Source: a virus. Taken from it: 64,000 nucleotides of DNA. A program made the position numbers and the translations under genes. Positions 1 through 9,687 of this stretch are shown here, one piece after another. How positions within the stretch are numbered: the stretch's first letter is position 1; each line of letters begins with the position of its first letter. The stretch lies in the IMG/VR virus record IMGVR_UViG_3300009008_000010, positions 32,001 through 96,000 of that record; one strand, 5' to 3'. A model generated the notes under the pieces. That model had not been told where the DNA came from, ran no database searches, and saw only the letters and a program-made list of their open reading frames with translations.

Positions 1-432
1 GAAGTTCGCCAGTTTTATGATGATTACATGATGATCAATGATTTCTTCACCGAGGACTTTTGTAACGAAAATGAATTTTTCGAGTGGGAGAAGAACGCTA
101 AGGGCGAATACGTGATAGCTAGTAGGGATCATAGTGTAATTAAAAACAAGTTGCTGAGACATTATCTGAATCGTGGTCTCCCTGACATAAGGCTTGCCGA
201 CCCTAATTTCAGGGGCAGGGGGCAGTTTTTATTGGAGCATGTTTGGGAAGGTCGAGAATTGTATCATCCTTATATGAAAGCAGTGCTTACATCTGTTAGG
301 ACACTGTGGAATGATGCTGTGTTTTTGGCTACTAGAGATGCTGATGGCGAGGAAATAGTTTGCATGTGTGATTCGGATAATGAAGATGATGTAGAAATTA
401 TTAGTAGAGAAAAGTTTGAAAAGGATTGGTAG
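1..432 (+). CDS. spoVR: SpoVR/YcgB family protein, C-terminal part (5' truncated by window)
   Basis: Frame is open from base 1. Motifs 'DFFTEDFC...FFEW', 'GLPDIRLADPNFRGRGQFLLEHVWEGREL' and 'LWNDAVFLAT' resemble the SpoVR C-terminus. Confidence 0.8.
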   Translation, partial: EVRQFYDDYMMINDFFTEDFCNENEFFEWEKNAKGEYVIASRDHSVIKNKLLRHYLNRGLPDIRLADPNFRGRGQFLLEHVWEGRELYHPYMKAVLTSVRTLWNDAVFLATRDADGEEIVCMCDSDNEDDVEIISREKFEKDW

Positions 433-485
433 AATTGGGCGGGTTTCTTTCGATTAAATAGGGTCACATATAATAAGGATTTCAA

Positions 486-1205
486 ATGGTACGCAACCAA
501 AGTCAAGCTGCCGCTAAAAAGAGAAAAGAACAGCTTGAGCAAATCTTGTCAGATTTGCACAATTTAAACTGTAATCTATACACTCGTGAAGTATACATGC
601 ATGGTTATTACAATGACTATGACGAGCCGGGTGTAGAATACCGCATGGCAACTACTTTCGAGAAGAACATAAGACTCCTCGATCAACAAGACCAAACTAA
701 TATTTTGGTTCACATGCACACTTTTGGCGGTGAGTGGAATGATGGCATGGCTATGTATGACATCATTAGATTCGTAAAGTCTCCGGTCACAATTATCGGG
801 TATTCTTGGGCAAGGTCTATGTCCAGTATAATTCCACAAGCAGCAGATTTAAGAATCCTTTTACCAGATTGTGATTTTATGGTGCATTATGGGTGGTATG
901 GTGAGGAGAATCAATGGACTGCTGCAATGTCATCTATGGAATATGCTAAAAGATCAGAGGAAAGGATGTTGCGTGTTTATGCGAAAAGATGTATAAATGG
1001 AGAATACTTTCAAAATCGTTATAAGTCTCTCACCGAAGAGAAGGTGATGGAGTTTTTAGATAAAAAGATGAGAGAGAGAGGGGACTGGTGGATTGGCTCA
1101 GAAGAAGCCGTCTATTATGGTTTTGCAGACGGAGTTCTGGGTCAGCCAGGATTTGAAACGTTCGAGAAAACCAGAATTAAGAAAAAGGTGAAACTAGAGC
1201 TATGA
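486..1205 (+). CDS. clpP: ClpP-like serine protease subunit
   Basis: HTFGGE..DG, ARSMSS (Ser), FMVH (His), GDWW..EEAVYYGFAD (Asp). Confidence 0.85.
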   Translation: MVRNQSQAAAKKRKEQLEQILSDLHNLNCNLYTREVYMHGYYNDYDEPGVEYRMATTFEKNIRLLDQQDQTNILVHMHTFGGEWNDGMAMYDIIRFVKSPVTIIGYSWARSMSSIIPQAADLRILLPDCDFMVHYGWYGEENQWTAAMSSMEYAKRSEERMLRVYAKRCINGEYFQNRYKSLTEEKVMEFLDKKMRERGDWWIGSEEAVYYGFADGVLGQPGFETFEKTRIKKKVKLEL

Positions 1206-1456
1206 CAGAAGGTGAACTACTACTGACAGACGAATTCCTACAGTTTTCCGGGGACATTGCAGCACTTATCCAAGAAAAGAAAACCCTCAAAGACGATTTT
1301 AAGAAAGTCTATGAGGAGTTTCAAACCAAACTCAAATCGGTAGATCAAAAAGCTGATAAACGATCTAAAGAGTTTGATGAGTGGAAGAAATCTAAAACTA
1401 AAGATCCTGTGCCGCACATGGAAGAACCTCCTAAATCCAAGACGGGTAAAAAGTGA
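1202..1456 (+). CDS. hypothetical coiled-coil protein
   Basis: ORF overlaps both neighbours by 4 nt. Confidence 0.65.
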   Translation: MTEGELLLTDEFLQFSGDIAALIQEKKTLKDDFKKVYEEFQTKLKSVDQKADKRSKEFDEWKKSKTKDPVPHMEEPPKSKTGKK

Positions 1457-2844
1457 AACACGAAATTTGTGGCGTTGAGCATCTTCACAGGCACACCCAT
1501 TTCAGTCTCCTAGACGGGTATGCGCATCCTGAAGAATATGCAGCCTATTCTAAATTGGTGAATCAACAATTCTTGTGCATTTCGGATCACGGGCAGATGG
1601 GGGCAATCCCTCGTCAAATAGCCACCTGTGAGAAAAACAGCGTGCATCCGATATTTGCGTGTGAACTGTATGTAAACCCCCTACAGCCAGCTTGTCGAAA
1701 TAACGATGAATATAAAAAATTCATGGATGACCTGGATGAAGAACAAAAGCGTATTCTTAAAAAGAGCTTCCATCTATTAGCCATAGCTCATAGCGATGAA
1801 GGTTATAAAAATCTCGTTAATCTGAGTTCATGGGCGTGGGTTAATGGTAAGGGCGGTCGCCCCAGAAGGCCCCGTGTGAACCATGAACAGCTTCTTAAAT
1901 ATAAAGAAGGTATCACGTTTAGCTCGGCCTGCTACAACAGTGAAATAGCTCAGGCTTTTGATGGTTTCTATGGTGGAAATGAGAATCGTGAAGCCGGTTT
2001 CGAGATGCTTGAAAAATATCTGGCGATGTTTGGAGAGCATTTTTTCTTAGAACTCATGCTTCTTGATTTTAAATCTCAAAAGCCTTATGATAAGTTCCTA
2101 GTTGAAGCTCATGCTAAATATGGCACTCCCGTAGTTCTTACAAATGATTGCCATTATTGCTTTCAAGATGATTCTAAAATGCAAAGATACTCCTTGATGA
2201 TCCAGACTGGAAAAACAATCAAGGAGATTACAGAGGTTCTGTCTCAAAACCCAGATGCGGATATGTTTGAACTTCAAGACACAAACCTCTGGATGAAGTC
2301 TGAAGATGAAATTAACGCTATGTGGGAAGCTAATTATATGGATACTGTCCCATATGAGATTTTTAAAGAAGCTAAAAGGAATAGTGTTAGAATATGCGAA
2401 AACGCTAAGGGAGTAGAACTGGATCGTAGTATGAAGTTGCCGGATTATCCTGATGCTGATGCTAAATTCAAAGAAGCTATAGGAATAGGCTTTAAAGAAA
2501 GAGGGCTTCCTCCCAACAGAACATACCTTGGTAGAATCAAAGAAGAATACGCATTGATTTGCAGGAAAGGCTTTTCTAGTTATTTCTTAATTCAAAAAGA
2601 AATGGTTGATGAAGCTAGAAGAATTTGTCCTGAAATCTTAGGTTGGGGCAACGGCTGTGAAGCCGTTGGACCGGGGCGCGGTAGTGCGGTTGGTGCTTTG
2701 GTTTGTTATTGTTTAGGAATTACAGACGTAGATCCTATAAAACATGACCTGCTGTTTTCTCGTTTCTTAAGTGAATCTAGGGGCGGTAAGCAGATGAAAC
2801 TTAGATTTGTGAATGTAGATCCAATTTTAGAAGGAGCGGCTTGA
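1453..2844 (+). CDS. dnaE: DNA polymerase III alpha, N-terminal fragment (PHP domain plus first half of palm)
   Basis: HLHRHTHFSLLDG, SDHG, TNDCHY, GPGRGSAVGALVCYCLGITDVDPIKHDLLFSRFL. It ends before the DxD motif. Confidence 0.93.
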   Translation: MKHEICGVEHLHRHTHFSLLDGYAHPEEYAAYSKLVNQQFLCISDHGQMGAIPRQIATCEKNSVHPIFACELYVNPLQPACRNNDEYKKFMDDLDEEQKRILKKSFHLLAIAHSDEGYKNLVNLSSWAWVNGKGGRPRRPRVNHEQLLKYKEGITFSSACYNSEIAQAFDGFYGGNENREAGFEMLEKYLAMFGEHFFLELMLLDFKSQKPYDKFLVEAHAKYGTPVVLTNDCHYCFQDDSKMQRYSLMIQTGKTIKEITEVLSQNPDADMFELQDTNLWMKSEDEINAMWEANYMDTVPYEIFKEAKRNSVRICENAKGVELDRSMKLPDYPDADAKFKEAIGIGFKERGLPPNRTYLGRIKEEYALICRKGFSSYFLIQKEMVDEARRICPEILGWGNGCEAVGPGRGSAVGALVCYCLGITDVDPIKHDLLFSRFLSESRGGKQMKLRFVNVDPILEGAA

Positions 2845-3902
2845 TGGCCAGTAATGAAGACAAGGAATTGTTGGGAATTTTAAAAACCATGAATGATGGG
2901 TTTGATCAACATATGAACTCGAAACCTCAAGCATGTGGAGAAGCGGTGGCAGAGGAACCACGAGCTAACGACATATTTTCGGGTGCTTTGGTTCAATGGA
3001 CTACAGGCGACGGAAAGGTTTATTTTCCTGCGGGAGAAACCACCCAAAATCTTACTCCAGGTGTTTATGAGATTGGACATTGTGAAAGAGGGATTTATTT
3101 TCAGAGAATACCTGTTAAGACCGAAGGTTTAATTCATTTTCCTCAAACTAATATGGAGAAAGTGGTCGAGGAGATACAAACTTTTTGGTCGAAGGAAGAT
3201 AAGTTTCGTGAGTATGAATTGACATACAAACGAGGCATTATTCTCTGGGGGCCTCCTGGTAGTGGTAAAAGCTGCACGGTTCAGTTGATTATCAAAGATG
3301 TAATTGATCGTGGCGGTGTGGTGATTAAATTCACCCAACCAGCTTTGTTTATGCAGGGCATGAGGGATTTGAGAGAAATACAAACGGACTCCCCTGTGGT
3401 TGTTCTAATGGAAGATATTGATTCTATTTTAGAACATTATAGCGAGAGTATGGTTCTTAATATTTTAGATGGCGTTGATGAAGTAGATAAGGCTGTGTTC
3501 TTGGCGACTACCAATTATCCAGAAAGATTAGGAGCCAGGATTATTAATCGTCCTAGCCGTTTTGATAAGCGATTCAAGATAGGCCATCCCAACAAAGAGT
3601 CTCGACGCCTCTATTTTGAACACATAATTGGTGGTAAAAATAAGACTACAGTTCAAGAGTTTCAAGAGAGGTTTGGTGTTGATCTTGATCAATGGGTGGA
3701 TGATACCAAAGGTTTTTCTATTGCTCACTTGAAAGAATTGTTTGTTGCGGTTTGTATTTTGGGGGATAATTATAGTGATGCTATCGAAACTCTTGAAACC
3801 ATGAGAGAGCAGGTTATGGCTGAGAAGGAATTCGATTCACCCCATATGGGATTCGAGCAAAAAGCCTGCACGAAGAAAACAAGATACAATGAGTTTGAAT
3901 GA
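2841..3902 (+). CDS. AAA+ ATPase
   Basis: Walker A GPPGSGKS, Walker B VVLMEDID, SRH TTNYPERL..RIINRPSRFD. Confidence 0.9.
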   Translation: MMASNEDKELLGILKTMNDGFDQHMNSKPQACGEAVAEEPRANDIFSGALVQWTTGDGKVYFPAGETTQNLTPGVYEIGHCERGIYFQRIPVKTEGLIHFPQTNMEKVVEEIQTFWSKEDKFREYELTYKRGIILWGPPGSGKSCTVQLIIKDVIDRGGVVIKFTQPALFMQGMRDLREIQTDSPVVVLMEDIDSILEHYSESMVLNILDGVDEVDKAVFLATTNYPERLGARIINRPSRFDKRFKIGHPNKESRRLYFEHIIGGKNKTTVQEFQERFGVDLDQWVDDTKGFSIAHLKELFVAVCILGDNYSDAIETLETMREQVMAEKEFDSPHMGFEQKACTKKTRYNEFE

Positions 3903-4503
3903 AGTTTGGCACAAAGTATCTGTAATAACGCCCACCTGGAAGCGTCATAGGTTTTTACTAAACCTTACTCAAAATATGTTGGCCCAGGTGGGCGTTGAGT
4001 TTGAACACATCATTGTCTCAGATGGTTATGATGATGTTGCTAGGAGTGTCTGTGAATCTTATGGTTCAAAAGCCACCTACCCAGTTACATATGATGAAAT
4101 AGAGCATAAGGGTCACTATGGCGATTATGCTCGCACCAGAGGGTTAGAATTAGCCAAGGGTGAATATGTAATTTTCTTTGACGATGATAATGCCTATTTT
4201 CCACATGCTGTTACGACCTTATACGCAGCAGCGTGTAATCACGATATTGGAATAGCTCTTATTGAGCATTGGGATTTTCAAAGTCCCAACAAGCAGATCA
4301 TAGGCAGTCAGATTGCATACGGCCAAATTGATACCGCTTGTTATTGTGTTCGCAAAAGCCGTGCAGTTCCTTGGACGGGATTTACAGAAAATGGTGTTGG
4401 CACGGATTATCATTGGATTGAGCTAGTAAGCACTGGAGCCAATGTAAATCTTGTCCCAATAGTAATTGCCAGCCATCTTATTGAGAAACAACACCCTGTC
4501 TAA
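3889..4503 (+). CDS. glycosyltransferase family 2
   Basis: VSVITPTWKR, IIVSDG, RTRGLELAKGEYVIFFDDDN. Confidence 0.88.
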   Translation: MSLNEVWHKVSVITPTWKRHRFLLNLTQNMLAQVGVEFEHIIVSDGYDDVARSVCESYGSKATYPVTYDEIEHKGHYGDYARTRGLELAKGEYVIFFDDDNAYFPHAVTTLYAAACNHDIGIALIEHWDFQSPNKQIIGSQIAYGQIDTACYCVRKSRAVPWTGFTENGVGTDYHWIELVSTGANVNLVPIVIASHLIEKQHPV

Positions 4504-4514
4504 TAAATACCAGT

Positions 4515-5195
4515 ATGAAAGTGAAGGACTACATATTGGTTGGCACAATGGTTGCCATTATCTTGGGTGCTGTTCTGTGGAGAGATTTTCGCAATCACTT
4601 TCCACATAAAGAGGAAAATCTTCTTTCTGATTTTCCTGTCTTAAAGCAACCTGATGGTATAAGCTGTGGGCCTACGTCTGCGGCTATGGCTCTTAATTAT
4701 TTGGGGCGAGAGGCAACAATAGAGGGTTTGAAGAGCAAGGCTAAAACCACTTGGTATAAATCGGGAGACACAGAGATAGGGATGACTGCCCCAGATGTTT
4801 TGGCGAAAGCTATTCCAGGTAAGTTGAAAACCGGCAGTTTAGATGAAATAAAATATCACATTGATCAAAACAAACCTGTAATTGTTTTACTTCGCAGTGG
4901 TCAAACAACGTGGCATTATGTTGTGGTGATTGGATATACTGAAGATAATATCACAATGGCCGACCCAGCAGGATATATTCACTCTAAAGAAAATGATATG
5001 TTTTTAAGTGCTTGGAATTTCTCTACAGATATGTCTGGAAATGAAGTCGCTGAATCTTGTCCTATGTGTGGCGGTGATGGGGAAATAGGAATAGCTGCTT
5101 GTGAAGTGTGCAATGAAGGCCGAGTTGATCTTATTCTTATGGCTTTTATTTTAACCGAAATCAAGCCTTACACCATGATTATTGTTTCAATTTAA
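4515..5195 (+). CDS. membrane-anchored C39-like cysteine peptidase
   Basis: N-terminal TM segment; Q....SCGPTS, HYVVVIGY, MADP. Confidence 0.85.
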   Translation: MKVKDYILVGTMVAIILGAVLWRDFRNHFPHKEENLLSDFPVLKQPDGISCGPTSAAMALNYLGREATIEGLKSKAKTTWYKSGDTEIGMTAPDVLAKAIPGKLKTGSLDEIKYHIDQNKPVIVLLRSGQTTWHYVVVIGYTEDNITMADPAGYIHSKENDMFLSAWNFSTDMSGNEVAESCPMCGGDGEIGIAACEVCNEGRVDLILMAFILTEIKPYTMIIVSI

Positions 5196-5595
5196 CGCTT
5201 CTGACATTTTCGTTGTTTTGCAACAATTCAAGTAGTGTTGATCTGTTTTTGCGCGTAGACATTTTGACTTCATAAATTCCGCCTTGCTTGTGTTCAACAG
5301 ACACAATTTGCCCTCCGCTATTTTCTATCGTTGTTGGAATTGCTTGAGGATCGACAACATCTACAACAACTGTAATTTGTTCAACTGACATTGTGTTGTA
5401 GGTCATTATTCCGACACCGCCCAAGCATACAGCCAGAAGCATGATGCCTATATTAAGAGGAAAGCGCGATCTCTTTCTCTTGATGACAATTCTTCCCATG
5501 TCAACAACCCCCATGTCAGGGTATTCTTCGCCTTCGTCTCTTGCAGATTGCAAATTTCCCGGCAAATCTCTGAGTGGCATTGGTTTTTTATTCAT
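5179..5595 (-). CDS. hypothetical single-TM membrane protein
   Basis: Hydrophobic IGIMLLAVCLGGVGIM segment; GGAG RBS. Confidence 0.6.
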   Translation of the reverse strand: MNKKPMPLRDLPGNLQSARDEGEEYPDMGVVDMGRIVIKRKRSRFPLNIGIMLLAVCLGGVGIMTYNTMSVEQITVVVDVVDPQAIPTTIENSGGQIVSVEHKQGGIYEVKMSTRKNRSTLLELLQNNENVRSVKLKQ

Positions 5596-5620
5596 TTTAT
5601 CTCCGTTTCAATCCTTTAAG

Positions 5621-6397
5621 TTATATATCATTCTCACAATGGTTTAATTTTTGGAAAGCCTCTAGTATCGGCTTTGGATTTAGTTGCTCGTTTACGCGCA
5701 CGGGAATTATTTTGGAGAATGGAGGTATTCTTGAGTTTGGGCTGACATCGCCAAATAAGCCGATGCTGTCTGTGCCAAGTGAATTTGCAATGTGTAAAGG
5801 AGCAGAGTCTACGCCTAAGAACATATTAGCAGCATTTATGATGGACATTAATTGTCGCAATGTGGTTTGGTCCCTCAAATCTAAATCTTGATTATCTAGC
5901 GGGGGTATATCGTGACCCTTGTTGCCAACAATAACTAATTTATATCCCGCCCCTTTAATTATTTGCAGAATAGGCTGCCATTCATCTTTAGGCCAAGATT
6001 GTTTTTTTCTGGGTATTTTAGGGGGTCTTTTGCCCGTGTCTACTACCACCCATTTTTCATCAGGATGAAGTATTGAAAACCCATACTTTTTCTCTTTCGA
6101 TGATAAAAAAATTCGAGGCGTTAGTTCAAGTTCTGGAAGATGGAGACGAAATTTTATTAAATATGACCGTATTGCTAGACCCTTTGATGCTTCATAAGCA
6201 TCTGTGAGGTTGAACGTTCTGCTGTTTGAGGGTTTTTCTTCTCGGAAGCCAGTTACAAGTGGGTGGTTTTTAAATATTTCAGGGTATCTGGTGGAAATGA
6301 ATATTTGGTCATATCCTATTGCACCCAATGCTCTTATTGTGGGTTCTGCAAACAGCACATCTCCAATTGCCACTCTTCTGATAATAAATGCTTTCAT
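5621..6397 (-). CDS. glycosyltransferase family 9 (heptosyltransferase-like)
   Basis: AIGDVL, KQSWP, DLRDQTTLRQL, FLGVDSAPLHIA. Confidence 0.88.
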   Translation of the reverse strand: MKAFIIRRVAIGDVLFAEPTIRALGAIGYDQIFISTRYPEIFKNHPLVTGFREEKPSNSRTFNLTDAYEASKGLAIRSYLIKFRLHLPELELTPRIFLSSKEKKYGFSILHPDEKWVVVDTGKRPPKIPRKKQSWPKDEWQPILQIIKGAGYKLVIVGNKGHDIPPLDNQDLDLRDQTTLRQLMSIINAANMFLGVDSAPLHIANSLGTDSIGLFGDVSPNSRIPPFSKIIPVRVNEQLNPKPILEAFQKLNHCENDI

Positions 6398-7284
6398 AAT
6401 TCACTTATAAAAGTTCTAACCTCAGCAACAAAATCTTCCACTGTTGGGAGATTGATCTGTTTTAGAAACTCATGTCCTTCTTCTGCTCGATTAAATAAAA
6501 GGCGAGCGTCCTCAAACTTATCATAAAAAAGAGGATAGTCCGGTGTTAGGTATTCTTCTATTGACGGGTGCCGATTGACGACCAAAGGTGTATTTCTTAG
6601 AATGCATTCTACAATTATATTACTAGCACCGCAATCTATGAATTCAGCAAAAACACAACTGGATGACAACCACCTGTTTAATCTATCATTGCTGATTCTC
6701 TTTTTTATAACCACGTCATTGTCTAGTATAGGTCTTCTTAATTGAGTTCTGATTTTTGGGGGTTTTATTTTTACCTTGTTGTAGCCTTCAATGGGCGGTA
6801 GTTGATCTAATGCCAGGGAGTTTTTCAAAAAGAAGCCATATTGAAGTATTCTTTTTTGATTGTGAAATCTATCAATTGAAAACCTCCTCTCGACTGGTGG
6901 CATGGTGAATTTTAGTATTTTGTAAGGACAATCTACATGATTTGCAAAAGTTTGAGAAGATAGATAGGATTCAGCCACATACTTCGATAGGAAAATTACA
7001 CCTTTAAGGTTCTTTCGAGATCGATGCCAACACCTGGATTTTATCAGTTGTTTTCGATAAGACTTATGATTAGGGATGTGAAATACGCCCACCCAAGGAC
7101 GCCAAATAGGCTCATGTGTGTTTTTTCTTAAAAAAAAATCTGGAAAGTCCTTTAGGATTATGCTGTCTTTGGCTGTTTTAGAACTATACTCGGCCAGTCG
7201 TTTGACCAAATATGGCCATCCCGCAATGTGTTGCGTTGCATTTTCAGATCCTATTGGGCTGGTATTACCAAGATAATATTCCAT
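6394..7284 (-). CDS. putative GT-B glycosyltransferase-like protein
   Basis: PWVGVFH, GASNIIVECILRNTPLVVNRHP..EYL..DYPLFY; adjacent to GT9. Confidence 0.55.
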   Translation of the reverse strand: MEYYLGNTSPIGSENATQHIAGWPYLVKRLAEYSSKTAKDSIILKDFPDFFLRKNTHEPIWRPWVGVFHIPNHKSYRKQLIKSRCWHRSRKNLKGVIFLSKYVAESYLSSQTFANHVDCPYKILKFTMPPVERRFSIDRFHNQKRILQYGFFLKNSLALDQLPPIEGYNKVKIKPPKIRTQLRRPILDNDVVIKKRISNDRLNRWLSSSCVFAEFIDCGASNIIVECILRNTPLVVNRHPSIEEYLTPDYPLFYDKFEDARLLFNRAEEGHEFLKQINLPTVEDFVAEVRTFISEL

Positions 7285-7320
7285 AGCATTATTTAGTATA
7301 TAGTATTAAAGGAGTTACCA

Positions 7321-8253
7321 ATGGGGAAGAAACACATATTTGTAATAAGCGTTATTTGCCTTTTCATTTTATTTTTTTGGAATAGTGGTGGAGCATCTGT
7401 TGATGTGCAGATTTGCCCTATTTCGGATTATGTGGCCAAAGTCCAGTGTATTCAGGAAGATTCGCCTTTTTCCATACGTCTTTTGGTTCTCAAGCATTGT
7501 TTAGAAAGCATGGCTGATGGGGATGCTAAATTAGCCATACAAGCAGCGAACGTAGCTAAATCGAGAGGATTGAGAATTAGGGATATTGGTAATCACTATG
7601 TTGATAAAAATGGGGAAATCCAAAGGGCCAGTTATGCCAATGAAATAGTCTGGGGTCAGACGCAATATTTAGACATTGATCAGTTTAAAGCGTTTGTTAA
7701 ACAACAAATGGTTGTAGGTGCTGAACCCGGTGACACTTTGGTTTTGTTTACTATTGGACATGGTAGTAAATCGGGGTATTTAGATACGCTGGGACAGAGA
7801 CCAGAAGTTATGAAGGCTTTAGCTGAAGCAGCAGAAGAGACGGAACAAGAGACGATGTGGTGGCAATTAAGTTGTTATGCTGCTGCGTCGTTGCCTGCCA
7901 TTTCCACTTTGAATGAAAACCAGCAAGATTTATTTAGCATCTGTGCTAGTTCGCCTGCTAACAGAGAGAGTCCAGCTTATGTGGAAGGCGAACACATGGA
8001 GAAGGTTTTCACTGCTATGGCAGATAGAAGCCCTGAGATTGACCCAGACCAGGATGATATGGTGGTAGCAATCGAGTTGGGTGGTTTTTTAGAAAAGAAC
8101 GCAGAGCGAGGTCGTGGCCGTTTAGTTTTTGCCAGAAGCGACCGAGAGGTTATCTTTGGTTTAAATTTTGCTCAACGCATACCTATTATCGACAGGAATA
8201 GCCCACAGAGAGAATATCCAAGAGATTATATCCCAATGCCAGAAGGAGGATAA
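7321..8253 (+). CDS. secreted caspase-like (clan CD) peptidase
   Basis: Signal/TM segment; His-Cys dyad contexts FTIGHGS and QLSCYA; EF-hand-like DPDQDDMV...EL. Confidence 0.6.
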   Translation: MGKKHIFVISVICLFILFFWNSGGASVDVQICPISDYVAKVQCIQEDSPFSIRLLVLKHCLESMADGDAKLAIQAANVAKSRGLRIRDIGNHYVDKNGEIQRASYANEIVWGQTQYLDIDQFKAFVKQQMVVGAEPGDTLVLFTIGHGSKSGYLDTLGQRPEVMKALAEAAEETEQETMWWQLSCYAAASLPAISTLNENQQDLFSICASSPANRESPAYVEGEHMEKVFTAMADRSPEIDPDQDDMVVAIELGGFLEKNAERGRGRLVFARSDREVIFGLNFAQRIPIIDRNSPQREYPRDYIPMPEGG

Positions 8254-8254
8254 T

Positions 8255-8407
8255 ATGGCTAGATTGATTAAATCAAGTAAGGTTAAAAAGTTGAATTGGC
8301 CTGCACACACGGGCCACAGTGAGCACAAACGAGAAAAGTTTGACAGACATGGAAGGAAATGGTGTAGGGTTTGCAAGAAATACACTAATGAGTGCAAGCA
8401 CAAATAA
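8255..8407 (+). CDS. small basic Cys/His protein
   Basis: GGAGG RBS then ATG at 8255; CxxC...C motif. Confidence 0.55.
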   Translation: MARLIKSSKVKKLNWPAHTGHSEHKREKFDRHGRKWCRVCKKYTNECKHK

Positions 8408-8446
8408 AAAAACCCATCGTGAGGCGTTGGGCTTCACGATGGGTTA
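8408..8446. terminator. hairpin terminator between convergent genes
   Basis: AACCCATCGTGAGGC...GCTTCACGATGGGTT preceded by an A-run (U-tract on the - strand). Confidence 0.65.
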
Positions 8447-8946
8447 AAATTAACTACAGCTTCACAGAAATCCTTCAATTCTTGATCGTCCCATGTGTTT
8501 TTTGCATATTGGGCCATAAGCGATACAAATTGAATGTTGTCTTTCGTATATGGTTTAGATGAATCTATACGATCAAGGCTGGCTCTGTCAGGTGTTCTCG
8601 GTAAAGATTCCCTTGTGTTTTTTGGAGTTTTTAATTTCCAACCAGTGTAGGGACATTTGCCGTTTTGTTTTTCCCATTGTTTTTTTAAATCTTCTACTGT
8701 GATGAAAAACGGTTTTCTTTTGCAGTTGCGTAAGATTTTCATAAAAAAACGAAATGGAGAAAGATCGTCTGCCTTATTATCGGGGATAAGATTTTCAGGA
8801 TTGGCAGGCAGGTGTGTGTGGTTGTCTTTTCCCACACATTGAAGTGAGCAGTAATTTCTTCTTCCTAATTTTTTGCTTCGATTGACTTCTGCTTTTCTTC
8901 TTTTGAATTCTTTTCCGCAAGTTTCACAAGTTAGTTGTATGTACAT
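8434..8946 (-). CDS. HNH-type homing endonuclease with Zn-finger N-terminus
   Basis: CETCGKEF...YCSLQC, GKCPYTG, ASLDRIDSSKPYTKDNIQFV. Likely start 8946, 8 nt after GGAGG. Confidence 0.8.
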   Translation of the reverse strand: MYIQLTCETCGKEFKRRKAEVNRSKKLGRRNYCSLQCVGKDNHTHLPANPENLIPDNKADDLSPFRFFMKILRNCKRKPFFITVEDLKKQWEKQNGKCPYTGWKLKTPKNTRESLPRTPDRASLDRIDSSKPYTKDNIQFVSLMAQYAKNTWDDQELKDFCEAVVNFNPS

Positions 8947-8996
8947 AAAAAACGCCTCCATGCCATTTATATAGTATGGAGGCGTCAGTTTTGAAG

Positions 8997-9349
8997 TGGA
9001 GGCGGTGGGCTATGCTCCCACGTCCAGTCTATCTATCCCCAAAGCGTCTACGTGTGTAGTTTATTGCTTGTGTCTCGCTTCATGGTGTTGCAACAAACAA
9101 AAGCGCCAATCAGCCAGCAACATCTTGTCTTACTTAGGTCGTCGTTGCAGGAACCTAAGAGTGGCCAACTTTTGCGACTAGACTTCAGACCCCGTTAGCT
9201 AAGGGTTCTTTGTCCAGGGCTACTGTTACGCAGCCAGTTGAAGTGGTCTTTCGACAACTAAATTATTGATCAAGTTTTTACGTGGCCCCTTGATCAACCA
9301 CGACACGCGACTTTGGCTCAACGATACCTGTCGAACCTAATTCGCCCCC
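8997..9349 (-). ncRNA. ssrA: tmRNA, tag (A)VERPLQLAA*
   Basis: 5' GGGGGCGAATTAGGTTCGAC and 3' CGCCTCCA form an acceptor stem with G3:U70. Tag ORF at 9255-9226 ends LAA-TAA. Confidence 0.92.
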
Positions 9350-9357
9350 GAAGTATC

Positions 9358-9687
9358 CTATTTAGTGGTTTCAGCTACAATTTTACCGTCTTCAACCTTT
9401 CTGGTCGAGTGCAAAAAAGCTGCTTCTTTACGAAGTTCTTTCATCATTGCGGCTTGAACCGGATCTTTCCACCCCACAGGGGGGGCCGCAATGAAGTCTT
9501 TGCCGTCTGCCGCTTTCCCCATTTCATCAATCTGATCCATAACAGCCGATTGTTGGGGAATGGGACATTCAGGCCCATCGCAAGGCGGCTCCTCTTTGCA
9601 TCCGGTCAGTATGACCAGCAAGGCAAGCGGAGTCAGCCAAAATAGGAAATGAGGAATTGCTTTAGTCCAAAACTCAGGCTTCGTCAT
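9358..9687 (-). CDS. putative lipoprotein
   Basis: Hydrophobic leader ending LVILTGC. Confidence 0.55.
   Translation of the reverse strand: MTKPEFWTKAIPHFLFWLTPLALLVILTGCKEEPPCDGPECPIPQQSAVMDQIDEMGKAADGKDFIAAPPVGWKDPVQAAMMKELRKEAAFLHSTRKVEDGKIVAETTK

Noticed and set aside
8996-9181. 61-aa ORF on the + strand
   Set aside because: It is antisense to the tmRNA.
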